Below, one piece after another: positions 52,385 to 63,824 of a stretch of DNA of 64,000 bases. The stretch's first letter is position 1, and each line of letters starts with the position of its first letter. This stretch comes from Obrimoposthia wandeli (lineage: Eukaryota), in the NCBI GenBank assembly GCA_977020255.1, contig CDROCS010002866.1, forward strand, positions 124,001 through 188,000, given 5' to 3'. Under the pieces are notes generated by a model, which was not told the origin of the DNA, searched no databases, and saw nothing but the letters and a program-made list of their open reading frames with translations. The position numbers and the translations under genes are program-made.

Positions 52385-52701
52385 ATAATTCTTTCTCTTA
52401 TTACCTAATATGCGCTCTTTAATATGATTTTGAGCGCATAGTTGACAGTTAACTATTACATTGAGTTCTCGTATTCACCGGCTATTTAAAAATTAATACT
52501 GTTTTTAGTACCCCATTGACCCTAATTTTACTGACCCTTATCCCTACCAGCAATTAAAGACTTTGGCAAATATTTAATAATCAAGAGAGTGAACTGGAGC
52601 AAAACAAGATAAAAACATACTACTTACAGTGTTGTAAGCAATATGTTTTAACAGATTATGATCCTGCTTAAAGATGTGATGCCTATTTATTCGTTTATTG
52701 A

Positions 52702-54726
52702 TCAGATCTTAGCGTTTTCCCTATTGTAACTAGGGCGCCCAGTAGCCGTCGCTATCACTTCACAATCTAAGAACAAATCGCCATCAATATCGTGATGTAC
52801 GTGATTATTACTATGCGAAATAATCATTTCAATTGAATTAGCCCCTGCGGCTTCTGCTTGCGCTAAAGCTTGCTTGCTTACAATTTCTTCTGCCTTGGCT
52901 AACGCTTCTTTAATATTATTAAACTGAATGGGTGCTTGTTTGTGATAAAGCCTAAACATACCGACAGTCGGTTGTGATATTGTCACTTGTGCGCGCTGCA
53001 CAACGGACCCCATAACGGCGCCTACAGCATTAGCAACCTCGCCATGCTTAGGTAAATAAAGCTTAACCCCTAAAGCTTTTGCCACTGCAGGGTAATAACT
53101 TGCAGCGGGAGCCCCTACTGCAACAATAGGATAATCAACGCAAAAATCAATATTAAATAAAGATTCTGAATGGTCCTCAGGATCTTTCATGATGATGCTA
53201 GATAGTAATTCAGTGAGCTTGGCCGCTTTCGCTTGGGATAACTTACCTGTTTGATTTAAGCTCGCTTCAATCAGTGTATTACTCGTTTTCTTAACGACTA
53301 AGTCAAAAACAGCTTGGCTCGCTGCCTTTGGCTCATCGATTTTCCAGTTACCTAAACCATAGAGACAGCGCATTTGGTTAGACCAAATTTGCGCTGCCAA
53401 TACTGCCGCTTCTTTATTTAAATGATCGCTTAAATCGAGCACATGTGCCGCGTCTGTTGGGGTAAAACCACTATAAATGACCAACCCTAAACGCTGTAAT
53501 TTTGCCAGCGCGCGGGCCATATCTCTGTCTTGTTCAGTAACTTCTTCTAATTCAACAGGTCCATTTTCCAGTTTTTCCCAAGCACTAAGCTCGATTGGAG
53601 TTAACTGGCTAAGTAGCGTTTCATCGCTTTCCATGCGCACCACAAATTTATTATTCCGCGCGTTCGGATAAGCTTTCAATTGCTGTTGCAATCGGGTGAT
53701 TATCCAAGGGTATTGTTGAGCTAACAAGCTAAGCGGTATTACCCGTCTAGGTCCAATTGTAATGCCATTAGCTGCACTGACATGAATTTCACTGTCTCCA
53801 CCTAAACCGACGCAAAAAACTTTTACTGCTTCCACCATCGGCTGCCACTCGCCTATTTGCGCACCATCTGCACTTAATTTAGGCTGCCCATTAGTCACTA
53901 TCGCAATATCGGTGGTGGTGCCTCCCATATCAACGACTAAAGCATTTTTCAAACCGCTTAAAGCACATGCACCTACCACACTTGCAGCAGGTCCCGATAG
54001 CACTGTTGCAACCGGTTGCTGCTCGGCAACATAGGTATTAACCAAAGAGCCATCTCCTTTAACAATCATTAAAGGTGCGCTGATGTCTAAACTGAAGAGT
54101 TTTTCTTTAACTGATAATACAAGCTGTTGAATATAGGGAATCATGCGCGCATTTAACACAGCTGTTAACGCTCTTTGTGGAGCACCTAAACTACTAGCTA
54201 GTTCGTGCCCACAGGCAACAGGCTTACCTGTAAGCTCTATTACTAATTCGCGCAATTGTATTTCGTGAGTAGAGTTTCTCGTACCAAACATGCTAGATAT
54301 AGCAAAAGCCGAAACTGTATCTTTTAATCTCAATATTTCACGGCGCGCAGTATCGACATCTAACGCCTGTTTTTCATTTCCAGTAGCATCATGGCCACCT
54401 GCTAGTAACACAGCACCTGTTTTGCAGACAATATCTTGCAAGCCGCTTTTATCCAATTGACTTTGAGTATATCCAGCGAGCAGTACACAAACTTGGGCAC
54501 CACGCCCTTCTACAACTGAGTTAGTTGTTAAAGTAGTAGATAATGAAACCAGCTCAATATTTTGAAGAAGCTCACTAGGCAAACCTGATAATGCTTTACC
54601 AATACCAACCGCTAAATTCTGCCGTGTTGTTAAACTCTTAAAAGTCGCGATTACTTGCTGTTGAGCATCAACCAATACTGCATCAGTATAAGTTCCACCT
54701 GTATCTATTCCCAAACGATGAGACAT
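52702..54726 (-). CDS. Hydantoinase/oxoprolinase-family protein (A-subunit type)
   Basis: GIDTGGTYTDAV, LSGPAAS, DMGGTTTDIA, TPTDAAHV and ANAVGA. Confidence 0.9.
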   Translation of the reverse strand: MSHRLGIDTGGTYTDAVLVDAQQQVIATFKSLTTRQNLAVGIGKALSGLPSELLQNIELVSLSTTLTTNSVVEGRGAQVCVLLAGYTQSQLDKSGLQDIVCKTGAVLLAGGHDATGNEKQALDVDTARREILRLKDTVSAFAISSMFGTRNSTHEIQLRELVIELTGKPVACGHELASSLGAPQRALTAVLNARMIPYIQQLVLSVKEKLFSLDISAPLMIVKGDGSLVNTYVAEQQPVATVLSGPAASVVGACALSGLKNALVVDMGGTTTDIAIVTNGQPKLSADGAQIGEWQPMVEAVKVFCVGLGGDSEIHVSAANGITIGPRRVIPLSLLAQQYPWIITRLQQQLKAYPNARNNKFVVRMESDETLLSQLTPIELSAWEKLENGPVELEEVTEQDRDMARALAKLQRLGLVIYSGFTPTDAAHVLDLSDHLNKEAAVLAAQIWSNQMRCLYGLGNWKIDEPKAASQAVFDLVVKKTSNTLIEASLNQTGKLSQAKAAKLTELLSSIIMKDPEDHSESLFNIDFCVDYPIVAVGAPAASYYPAVAKALGVKLYLPKHGEVANAVGAVMGSVVQRAQVTISQPTVGMFRLYHKQAPIQFNNIKEALAKAEEIVSKQALAQAEAAGANSIEMIISHSNNHVHHDIDGDLFLDCEVIATATGRPSYNRENAKI

Positions 54727-54948
54727 AACTACCTTCTTGATTTATGTAAAAAACATGGGATCTGTTGGCATTTTACGCACTGGTAATTAGCAAGAAAATT
54801 TAACAGAAATAAGGTGTAAAGATAAGAATTATAAGTGCTTTGAAGTAAAGATAGGTATCAAATGATTATAGACACTAACATCTATTAGCACTTTAAATTT
54901 AACATAATTGACAGTGCTACCCTTCACAGAATAGCACTGCAATATAGA

Positions 54949-55215
54949 TTAGTTTTTCACTGGACGCACCCGGCCCCTTCGACCACCGCTTTTACCCCCA
55001 CCGCGCTCTTCTTTTCGCTTGGCTAGTAACTGCTGCACTCGCAGGCCAAGTGGTTCTAGTAATTCAGCTTTATGTGCTTCGTCATACTTATTCCAGCCTT
55101 TAATTTGCTCTTTTGTGCGCCCACAACCAAAACACCAACCTGTTTCGTCATCGCTTTTGCATACACCCATACAAGGTGATAATTCTGCAGCTGCTATTAA
55201 TTCAGCGTCTTCCAT
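54949..55215 (-). CDS. DUF1289-family small Cys-containing protein
   Basis: SPCMGVC, WCFGCGRT.EQI..W motifs. Confidence 0.88.
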   Translation of the reverse strand: MEDAELIAAAELSPCMGVCKSDDETGWCFGCGRTKEQIKGWNKYDEAHKAELLEPLGLRVQQLLAKRKEERGGGKSGGRRGRVRPVKN

Positions 55216-55407
55216 TGTCGTTGCCTCGCCATTGTCTATTACATTTTTATAATAATTGTATTGGTATTACTAAATTTAGCTGTTTATCAAGTAAGCCTAC
55301 TATAACCACAAAAGTATAATGATGAGCTGCGCCAATACGTGATAGCTTTGCGACTTAATGCTATTTAATTGCGACACAATGGCAAAGTATTGAAGTTAAT
55401 CAACTTA

Positions 55408-56187
55408 TCAACACTCATCTATATCCATCTTAAACTGTTGCAATTTTTTCTCAGCACACACTTTTATCCCATGCCCAGGCTCGACCACATGCCAATCATT
55501 ATTAGAGACATCTAAAGGCTCAGACGCAATCACTACCCCATCATCCGTACTGCGGTAATACAAACTGGGCGCTCTACAATCTGAAGAGTATCTAAAGGCA
55601 TAAATACATTCGCCATCACTTAGTGTTGCGGTAAACCTAAATGCATCAGTAATACCCTTTTCGCGCATTAACTGATTCACTTTATTACACATCTTAGAAA
55701 CAGCAGCAATAGGGTCTTCTGTAAGTCCATAGTTATACAGCGCTAAGAACAGCGCTTCACTATCGGTCGTTCCCTCCCTGCCTAAATAGTTTTCATCGGG
55801 AATTAAATTTTCAATCGCTCTGCGGACTTTTTCATACCCAGCTATTTGCCCATTGTGCATAAACATCCAGTTATTAAAACTAAAAGGATGGCAATTTGCT
55901 CGGCTGGTGAACGTGCCAGTAGATGCCCGAACATGGGCAAAAAATAGCCCGGAGCTAATTTGGCGACACAAACTTAGTAAGTTTTGATCGGCCCACGCTG
56001 GGAGGATTTCCCGATAGATACCTGGATTTGGCTTCGAACCAAACCAACCCAGCCCAAAGCCATCTCCATTAATAGCTGTTTTTGATTCCGATGCATGCAA
56101 ACTCTGCTCAATCAGAGAGTTGCAGGGGTTTTCTATTAGTTCTTCTAAAAAAATAGCCTTTCCTGAATAAGCTAACCAACGACACAT
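55408..56187 (-). CDS. Class II glutamine amidotransferase (EgtC/YafJ-like)
   Basis: N-terminal MCR, NGDGFG.GW, AHVRAST, NCHPF, HNG and TDSE. Confidence 0.9.
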   Translation of the reverse strand: MCRWLAYSGKAIFLEELIENPCNSLIEQSLHASESKTAINGDGFGLGWFGSKPNPGIYREILPAWADQNLLSLCRQISSGLFFAHVRASTGTFTSRANCHPFSFNNWMFMHNGQIAGYEKVRRAIENLIPDENYLGREGTTDSEALFLALYNYGLTEDPIAAVSKMCNKVNQLMREKGITDAFRFTATLSDGECIYAFRYSSDCRAPSLYYRSTDDGVVIASEPLDVSNNDWHVVEPGHGIKVCAEKKLQQFKMDIDEC

Positions 56188-56408
56188 ATATACCCCAAAT
56201 TAATTTAATAACTCTATATTAACATATATAAAAAACAGATCTTATAACAATCAAAATAAGACGCTGAGCGAAAAAAAATAAAAATCCAAACTCAGCCCTA
56301 ACTTTGCTATTATAATGTTAAATTTAACAAGCTATATTTACTTGATAAAAAACTAAATAAAAAGCAGATTTCTTGCTTTGTTTATGTAAACATATCATTG
56401 CATAAAAG

Positions 56409-56422
56409 ATGATTTAGATCAG
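56409..56422. promoter_or_regulatory. Candidate FNR box upstream of fnr (possible autoregulation)
   Basis: ATGAT-TTAG-ATCAG versus the consensus TTGAT-N4-ATCAA (two mismatches). Confidence 0.4.
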
Positions 56423-56458
56423 TTATATATAATTTAATAAGCAATTAGAGAAAATATT

Positions 56459-57199
56459 TTGAATCAGAACATAGCTTTACACAATATTCCTGCCAAATCT
56501 GATCAGCACTGCTGTAATTGTAATCTAAACTCTCTGTGCATGGCTGTTTCATTAGACATGTCAGAGTTATCTAAATTAGATGAGATAATCGACCGCAGCA
56601 AACCCCTCTCTAAAGGTGAAATGCTCTGTAATCAAGGCGATAAATTTCAGACGGTTTTTGCTATAAAATCTGGCAGCATAAAAACTTATATCACCAGCTG
56701 TTCTGGTGAAGAGCAAATTACCGGTTTTTATTTTCCTGGTGATCTTATTGGACTCAATGCCATTGATAGCGGCGTTTGCCAAGATTCTATGAAAGTGCTA
56801 GAAACGACCACTGTTTGCCAAGTTCAATTCGAGCAATTAGATGGCCTCTCTACTGAGCTTCCTAAATTGCGTCGTCAACTGCTTAAAACCATGAGTAAAG
56901 AGATTTGTAACGAGCAACACATGTTACAACTATTAGCCAAAAAGAACGCTGATGAACGCATTGCTACTTTTTTGTTACGTTTATCAAACCGCTTTAAAAC
57001 CAGAGGTTTTTCTGAAACGCGCTTTCGCTTATCAATGTCTCGCCATGAAATTGGTAACTATTTGGGATTAACCGTCGAAACAGTGAGCAGAGTATTAACA
57101 CGCCTGCAAAAAAATGAGTTTATTACTGTTGAAAATAAAGAAATAGAGTTACTTAACATTAGAGCGTTACTCAATCTTTCCCAAGGCAAAGACGAGTAA
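56459..57199 (+). CDS. fnr: FNR/ANR oxygen-sensing regulator
   Basis: N-terminal C.NCNLNSLC cluster, TTTVC and HTH motif MSR.EIGNYLGLTVETVSR. Confidence 0.94.
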   Translation: MNQNIALHNIPAKSDQHCCNCNLNSLCMAVSLDMSELSKLDEIIDRSKPLSKGEMLCNQGDKFQTVFAIKSGSIKTYITSCSGEEQITGFYFPGDLIGLNAIDSGVCQDSMKVLETTTVCQVQFEQLDGLSTELPKLRRQLLKTMSKEICNEQHMLQLLAKKNADERIATFLLRLSNRFKTRGFSETRFRLSMSRHEIGNYLGLTVETVSRVLTRLQKNEFITVENKEIELLNIRALLNLSQGKDE

Positions 57200-57599
57200 C
57201 GCTAGATCAATAGTTAACTTAGTTAGCCATTCAAATTTAACCCTAATTTCAGCTCTAGATCTGAGCCTAAAGGATAGTTTAGTTAAACCATCCTCACTTA
57301 TTAGCTGTAAGTCGTTTAGGTTTTAACAATATTTCAGACAAATACTAAACTGATCAAAAATCCTAGTAATGGATTTTCAGTTGTGTATAGTGCAGATGTT
57401 TGGCGGATAAAAACTAAACATTTGTGCACCGTTAATTCACATATCTAGCGGTTCCTATAATTCAGCGTAATCCACCAGCTTAACCCTGCATCTAAAGACA
57501 ATTAATACCAGATATATTGGTATCTATTTTTTGCTTTAAGGCTATTTTTAGAAGATTACTTAGATGCATAAACACTCTTTCAAACATTAAGGTTCGAAA

Positions 57600-58142
57600 A
57601 TGTCATTTGACGAATTTTACGTAAAATCAGTCGTTCGATCTATTGATAACTGGCCTGAACAAGGTGTTGTATTTCGAGATATCACACCCATTTTTAAAGA
57701 CCCAAAAGCATTACGCATGGTATCTGACGCCTTTATTCAGCGCTATATTGATGCTGATATTACGCATATTGCCTGCATTGATGCCCGTGGCTTTTTAGTT
57801 GCCTCTATTATGGCTTATCAGCTAGGACTACCTTTAGTACTAGTGCGCAAAAAAGGTAAATTGCCAGGAGATACTGTCAGGCAAGAGTACAAACTAGAGT
57901 ACGGCACCGCTGAAATTGAAATGCAAATTGACGCTGTGCAAGCTGGTGATAGAGTACTTGTTTTTGATGATCTTATTGCGACAGGTGGCACTTTATTAGC
58001 CGCTTGTACCTTAATTAAAAGATTGGGTGCCAGTGTTGTAGAAAGCGCGGCCATGATTAACTTACCTGATTTGCAAGGTGCTAGCTTATTAGAAGAGGCT
58101 GGTATTCCAGTGTTCACATTACTCGCTTACGAAGGCGTGTAA
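57600..58142 (+). CDS. apt: Adenine phosphoribosyltransferase
   Basis: FRDITP, DARGF, VRKKGKLP, LEYGT and FDDLIATGGT. Confidence 0.96.
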   Translation: MSFDEFYVKSVVRSIDNWPEQGVVFRDITPIFKDPKALRMVSDAFIQRYIDADITHIACIDARGFLVASIMAYQLGLPLVLVRKKGKLPGDTVRQEYKLEYGTAEIEMQIDAVQAGDRVLVFDDLIATGGTLLAACTLIKRLGASVVESAAMINLPDLQGASLLEEAGIPVFTLLAYEGV

Positions 58143-58490
58143 ATATCCATTTTGCGACTACTGAAATGAGTTAATGACAGATTTGATCATAGCCTTTTAT
58201 GGCTATAACCTCATTCAGTACTCGCACTAAACTCACGCCACCAAGCGTAATCAAAACAACTGTATTGAGTAGCATCTTGCTGTAAATACACTTATGCTGC
58301 AACGTAAGCACTTTTAATAAAAAACGCCCAAAACTTCATGCGCCATCAGCTATTCGTATAACTACTATCAGAAATACCTATAAGCTAACAAGCTTTGCAT
58401 CTGTCACTCGCTTATTGTTTGGTGTACTCTCAATAACCGATTAATTTCTAATCTTTTATTTCTCAAGTAATTGTGCTTACAGGCCCTTAA

Positions 58491-59393
58491 ATGATCTACC
58501 AACTCGCAGCACTCGGTGCTGGTATTTGCTTTGCTGTCTCTCCTTTTTTCTCTATAAATGCCGTTAAAACATTGGGAGCTACACGATTCAACAAATGGCG
58601 CATGAGTATTGTGTTTGTCATGTTATTCATCATGAGCTTAGCCACTGGAGGTTGGAGCACTGAGCTATACGACTGGTGGATAGTAATAGTATTAAGCTCG
58701 CTTATTGGCATATTTTTAGGCGATACACTACTGTTTTTAGGTCTAAAGAGAATGGGGCCTCGCAGAAACTCCGTGATTTTTGCTTTAAACGCTCCTATCA
58801 CAATTTTTCTAGGCTGGATGTTTCTCGACGAAAAACTCCCCCTTTCAGTACTTTTCGGTACTTTGATCATTACCAGCGGGGTCATTACTGCAGTAGTATT
58901 TGGACGCAACAAACAACAGCAACACACCTTAGAAGAAACTCAAGGGCGTTTACTGATGGGAGTATGTATTACTTTGGCTTCTGCTTTTTGCCAAGCGATC
59001 AGTCTTATTCTTGTGCGCCCAGCCATGGAATCAGGTATAGACCCTATCGCTGCTAGTGCTGTTAGAGTGGGTATAGCGGCTGTTTGTTTATGGCTGATGT
59101 CATACATTGCCACCTTTAAGCCATCTCACAAAAAGAAAGAAAAAATTCCTATGACGCTCAAATTCTTTCTTCAAATATCAGCCAGTGGTTTTTTTGCCAT
59201 GGGCATTGGTATGTCGTTGTTATTATTTGGCTTAAGAGGAGGAGATACCGGTGTCATTTCCACCCTTTCATCTATTTCCCCAGTGGTAGCACTACCTATT
59301 TTGTGGATCATAATGAAGCAACCACCAGCTGCTAATGCCTGGATAGGCGCCGTTTTGGCGGTATCTGGAACGGCTATTTTGTTTTTACTTTAA
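58491..59393 (+). CDS. DMT (EamA) family transporter
   Basis: About 10 TM helices with a duplicated EamA pattern (GIFLGDT, LGWMFL.E). Confidence 0.9.
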   Translation: MIYQLAALGAGICFAVSPFFSINAVKTLGATRFNKWRMSIVFVMLFIMSLATGGWSTELYDWWIVIVLSSLIGIFLGDTLLFLGLKRMGPRRNSVIFALNAPITIFLGWMFLDEKLPLSVLFGTLIITSGVITAVVFGRNKQQQHTLEETQGRLLMGVCITLASAFCQAISLILVRPAMESGIDPIAASAVRVGIAAVCLWLMSYIATFKPSHKKKEKIPMTLKFFLQISASGFFAMGIGMSLLLFGLRGGDTGVISTLSSISPVVALPILWIIMKQPPAANAWIGAVLAVSGTAILFLL

Positions 59394-59454
59394 GATATAG
59401 CTGTGCTTAAAATCAGCAACTTCGGTAAATCCATTAACGTACATTTAAGTAAAA

Positions 59455-59871
59455 TCAAACAAAGAAGCTAGCGACAAAAATATAACGGACCGCTTTACCC
59501 AGTAAAATGTAGAGCAAACTATATACTGGATTTAATCTTAGCCAGCCGGCAACCACACAAAGCGGATCACCAATAATAGGCAGCCAAGAGAGCAATAAAG
59601 CCAAAGGGCCGTGTTTCATCAGCCATTTTTGTGCTCTTTGCTGATGCTTGTTATTGAACAGCTTTGCCGGATAATATCGAGCTATTATCCAACCCATTCC
59701 AAACGTCAATCCGCCGCCTAAAGTATTACCGGCTATCGCGGTTAACAACAATAAGCTGAGCGGTAAATTATCTTGATTCACCATCCAAGCTAGAGCAACC
59801 TCTGATCCGCCTGGCAGCAGCGTTGAAGCGATAAAACTACTGGCAAACAATCCCCACAATTCATAATTCAT
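59455..59871 (-). CDS. YqaA-family (DedA/SNARE-like) membrane protein
   Basis: SFIASTLLPGGSE, GNTLG and LLLSWLPIIGDPLC.VAGWLR. Confidence 0.9.
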   Translation of the reverse strand: MNYELWGLFASSFIASTLLPGGSEVALAWMVNQDNLPLSLLLLTAIAGNTLGGGLTFGMGWIIARYYPAKLFNNKHQQRAQKWLMKHGPLALLLSWLPIIGDPLCVVAGWLRLNPVYSLLYILLGKAVRYIFVASFFV

Positions 59872-59931
59872 GTGCGCTTTACAACCCACTCAATCTTTCA
59901 TATTGGATTTTTTAATCTAGTTCTTATAATG

Positions 59932-62061
59932 TTATTTGTTTTGTAAAGAGATGTTAATACAACGAATGAGCGGCATTTCATAAACCCCTCCTAAAGCTTC
60001 AAATACCGGCTTAAGTGCCATGCCGTTAACCGTCTGTGATTGAATAATCTCTTGTTCTATCATTTTAATTTCTTGCTCTGGAAGCTCAACCACTTCCTCT
60101 ACACTAAGCTCGCCGGTCGCAATGCCGATCGCTAAGTGATTGTATATAACATTACTTGATAGTTTTTGCATACTAGCGACTTGCTTAACCATCATGCCAC
60201 TTTTAAACAGCAATATTGATTCTTCGCTTTGTTTATCCGTATCTAAATTCTGGGCTTCTCCATCATTTATGATCGCTAAAAAATCATCGCCATATAGCTC
60301 TAACTTACGTTCTCCAACACCGCTAATTTTTTGCATTTGCTGACGAGTAGTTGGCCGGTACATAACCATTTCCATGAGCGTTGCATCGTGGAAAATAATA
60401 TAGGGGGGCACATCCTGCTCTTTCGCTAACTCTGTACGCAGCACTCGAAGCGCTTCCCACAAACCGTGTTCATCAGCATCAAGCTTATGCTGGCTAGTTT
60501 TCTTTTTATCATATTTAGAACGTGCTGTTTGCTTACGCAGGTCTTCACGTAACTCAATGCTTACTTCACCCCGTAACAAGGGCCGGCATTTTTCAGTTAA
60601 ACACAACACTCCAAAACGGTCATAATCAACACCTAAATAACTGCGCGCCACCAACTGCCTAAAAACAGAGCGCCACTGTTGCTTATTCAATTCTTTACCG
60701 ATATTCCAAATTGAGAGTTTATCATGGCCAAACTGCTTAACTTTTTCAGTTTCACTGCCCGTCAATACATCAACAATATGATTCACGCCAAAACTTTGCC
60801 CTGTTCGATAAACAGCAGATAACACTTTTCTAGCAGCTTGCGTACCATCCCAAACCGGAACGGGCTGAAGGCAATTGTCACAGTTCCCACAAGCTTGATG
60901 CTCACTTTCACCAAAATAGCTTAACAACACTTGTCGCCTACAACTGGTGATTTCGCATAACCCTAAAATAGCTTCAAGCTTTTGACGTTCTACCTGCTTA
61001 ATATTATCTGGCGCTTGAGAGCCCTCTACCATCTGGCGTAAAAACACTACATCTTGTAACCCATAAACCATCCAAGCATTCGCCGGTTGCCCATCACGCC
61101 CAGCCCGGCCTGTTTCTTGATAATAGGCTTCGATGCTTTTGGGTAGATCTAAATGCGCCACAAAACGCACATTGGGTTTATCTATGCCCATACCAAATGC
61201 AATGGTCGCGACAATAATGACTTTATCTTCTGTCAAAAATCGATGCTGGTGATGCTGCTTTAAAGAAGACGATAAACCCGCATGGTAAGGTAACGCATTG
61301 AGTCCTTTTTCACATAACCAAGCAGCCGTTTCTTCTACTCTCTTACGTGATAAACAATAAACAATGCCCGCATCATTTAAATGCTCTGATTGAATAAACG
61401 CCAGCAATTGCTCTCGCGCTCTATCTTTTTGCCCTATACGATAGCGAATGTTAGGTCGATCAAAACCTTGTATAAAAATATTGGCATTACGCAACTCTAA
61501 ACGCTGCTCTATTTCTTGCTGCGTTCTGGTGTCTGCGGTAGCCGTAAGTGCAATACGGGGAACTTGCGGAAAATTATTGGCAAATTGAGCTATTTGTAAA
61601 TACTCAGGCCTAAAATCATGCCCCCATTGAGAAACACAGTGCGCTTCATCAATGGCAATCAGCGCTAATTTGCACCTAGATAGTAATTGGAAGGTCTTAG
61701 CTTGTAATAAGCGCTCTGGTGCGATATATAACATATCCAATTCGCCATGCACCAGCTGCTGTTCAATTTCGTTTTGAATATGATAATCCAATGACGAATT
61801 CAAATACGCTGCGTTGATACCTAACTGAGACAACGCCGTCACTTGGTCATGCATTAACGCTATTAATGGGGATACAATTATCGCGGTGCCAGCTCTAAGT
61901 AATGCAGGTAGCTGGTAACACATCGATTTTCCGCCACCAGTTGGCATAATGACTAAAGTGTCACGGTTGTCGATGACACTTTCTATAATTTGCTGCTGCG
62001 CAGATCTAAAACCATCGTAGCCAAATACATCTTTAAGAACTTTAAGCGTTTGATCTGACAT
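59932..62061 (-). CDS. recQ: ATP-dependent DNA helicase RecQ
   Basis: [34 protein letters not shown], zinc-binding CRR...CGNCDNC and HRDC domain (VPPYIIF.D). Confidence 0.97.
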   Translation of the reverse strand: MSDQTLKVLKDVFGYDGFRSAQQQIIESVIDNRDTLVIMPTGGGKSMCYQLPALLRAGTAIIVSPLIALMHDQVTALSQLGINAAYLNSSLDYHIQNEIEQQLVHGELDMLYIAPERLLQAKTFQLLSRCKLALIAIDEAHCVSQWGHDFRPEYLQIAQFANNFPQVPRIALTATADTRTQQEIEQRLELRNANIFIQGFDRPNIRYRIGQKDRAREQLLAFIQSEHLNDAGIVYCLSRKRVEETAAWLCEKGLNALPYHAGLSSSLKQHHQHRFLTEDKVIIVATIAFGMGIDKPNVRFVAHLDLPKSIEAYYQETGRAGRDGQPANAWMVYGLQDVVFLRQMVEGSQAPDNIKQVERQKLEAILGLCEITSCRRQVLLSYFGESEHQACGNCDNCLQPVPVWDGTQAARKVLSAVYRTGQSFGVNHIVDVLTGSETEKVKQFGHDKLSIWNIGKELNKQQWRSVFRQLVARSYLGVDYDRFGVLCLTEKCRPLLRGEVSIELREDLRKQTARSKYDKKKTSQHKLDADEHGLWEALRVLRTELAKEQDVPPYIIFHDATLMEMVMYRPTTRQQMQKISGVGERKLELYGDDFLAIINDGEAQNLDTDKQSEESILLFKSGMMVKQVASMQKLSSNVIYNHLAIGIATGELSVEEVVELPEQEIKMIEQEIIQSQTVNGMALKPVFEALGGVYEMPLIRCINISLQNK

Positions 62062-62373
62062 TTTATTCCTAAATTTATTTACAACATGCACAAAGCTTGG
62101 CGTGCAACTTATTGACACGTAGCAAAGCGCAAACTTGGGGAATTATTAACAATAATTGCTAGGTAATTATCCTTAAAGCGCGTCACTGTGTCATCTTCTA
62201 TTACCTATTAATGCCAGTGCTTTAGCTATTTATCTAAAGCCTTCCTTTAGCTTGCCCCACATTGTACAAAAAGAGTACTAATACCAGTTAACCTCAAGAT
62301 TTACTTAGTGCGAGCTGGGCTTATAACTTGAGTTAGAGTAAACTAGCGCCTGTTAATTTCTCAGGACTTCATC

Positions 62374-62967
62374 ATGCAAGCACATCAGCAAAACACGACT
62401 ATTACCGATAGCGAATTAGACGCATTAGAAAATTTTATATTTTCAGATGTCGTATCAGAAGAATCATTAGATCTTATAGGCATTCACGGTTTTTTGTGCG
62501 CGTTGGTGATCTCACCAAACCCTGTTGATGAAGCGACTTGGATGGAAATCATTTTTGATGGCCAACCTAGCTGGGTAAATGACCAACAACAAATTGAGAT
62601 TGGCACTGTTTTACGTAATTGGCATGCTAGCATTCGCACTGACATGGAAAATGATCGTGAGCTAGAAATGCCTTGCGATTTAACCTTAGTTGTTGAAGAT
62701 GAAGAAGAAGTAGCTGATGTAGAAACTTGGGCGCAAGCATTTATGGAAGGTGTGTTCTTAAAAGAAGAAGGTTGGCATGGAAAAGGCGCTGATCAAGAAC
62801 AGAAAGTCACTGAATTAATGCTCCCAATCATGGTTATTTCTGACTTATTTGATGCTAAAGAATTTAGAGAAATACGCAAGAATCCGGATGTTTGTGAAGA
62901 AATGGCGAACGAAATTCCAGATATTTTGATCGATCTCTATTTGATTTTCCAAACCCCTGAGAAATAG
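62374..62967 (+). CDS. YecA/UPF0149-family protein
   Basis: ELDALE.F, HGFLCAL..SP and WAQAFMEG; acidic. Confidence 0.85.
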   Translation: MQAHQQNTTITDSELDALENFIFSDVVSEESLDLIGIHGFLCALVISPNPVDEATWMEIIFDGQPSWVNDQQQIEIGTVLRNWHASIRTDMENDRELEMPCDLTLVVEDEEEVADVETWAQAFMEGVFLKEEGWHGKGADQEQKVTELMLPIMVISDLFDAKEFREIRKNPDVCEEMANEIPDILIDLYLIFQTPEK

Positions 62968-62985
62968 CACTACATCTTATATTTC

Positions 62986-63014
62986 AAAAAAAGCCACTTA
63001 TTAGTGGCTTTTTT
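62986..63014. terminator. Bidirectional Rho-independent terminator
   Basis: aaaaaaagccact-tatt-agtggcttttt. Confidence 0.9.
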
Positions 63015-63114
63015 ATTGTCTATAACAACATGATTAATTCAGCTATACACTCAGCAACTAAGTAACTCTCCTTTAGGTGATTAGCTATCTCAGTGGCTCA
63101 ATCAAATTTGTTGC

Positions 63115-63609
63115 TCAGCTCTTTTTTAATGTATTGAAAGCTTTAGTAAAACCGCTTAACGATACCGGCAGATATACAGGCTTACCGTTATCTTTCGCGA
63201 TAAAGCCTACAACGGCGCGAGCGCCACGTTTGAATTCACCTAACATACGCTTATCTAAAGGAAAAACGATGCTACATTCTTTATCATTGCATTCTGCTTT
63301 CAGACCGATAGGCTTATTTTTGTCTACTTTGAACATAATCTCTTTTTTATCATCTAACTTATTTGAAACACGCATTATAATGACGGGAGCTTTAGCATTA
63401 CGTTTAACATCAACAGTCGTGATCATTAAAGGTGCTTTTCCATCAGCAGAAAACACTTGCATTATAAAACATAGTTCTTGGCTTTGAACTGGCTGACAGC
63501 GTCCTTGCCAATCTTTAAACTGCTTGCCATGAATTGCTCCAGCCAGGCTCATTTGCGTAGTTGAAACAAATAACAAGCTCATAAATGCCAATTTGATCAG
63601 GTGCTTCAT
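63115..63609 (-). CDS. Invasion-associated locus B (IalB) family protein
   Basis: Signal peptide, FKDWQGRC, C...C...GC-like pairing (C...ECSIV) and PVSLSGFTKA. Confidence 0.85.
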   Translation of the reverse strand: MKHLIKLAFMSLLFVSTTQMSLAGAIHGKQFKDWQGRCQPVQSQELCFIMQVFSADGKAPLMITTVDVKRNAKAPVIIMRVSNKLDDKKEIMFKVDKNKPIGLKAECNDKECSIVFPLDKRMLGEFKRGARAVVGFIAKDNGKPVYLPVSLSGFTKAFNTLKKS

Positions 63610-63824
63610 GGATCATCCCTTTAAAAAAATATTAAAAAATTCAATGGTTGGTGTTATTCAAATGGTTAGTTTTCCATTTAAATCCACCTTAATGTAGTTA
63701 GGGCATAATATAATGTACTACTGAATACATACAACAAAAAAAACTAATCTGCGCCTATTTTCAGTTTTTATCTTCTCTTAGTCATTGTAAGCTATTCGAT
63801 AGAAGCTATTTTACATGATTTCTT

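Noticed and set aside
52510-52545. tgaccc...ctgaccc duplet resembling REP/RAYT-associated ends
   Set aside because: Only two 6-7-bp matches, with no hairpin pair and no RAYT transposase.
57200-57599. Canonical purine riboswitch upstream of apt
   Set aside because: The conserved UAUAA/GAUAUGG/UUUCUACC/CCGUAAA core is absent; kept only as an unnamed structured leader.
1816-63487. Many short ORFs in the track that overlap real genes (e.g. 1816-2007, 7166-7486, 12735-13073, 16083-16286, 30556-30894, 51104-51496, 63077-63487)
   Set aside because: They are antisense or alternate-frame shadows of well-supported genes and have no motifs of their own.
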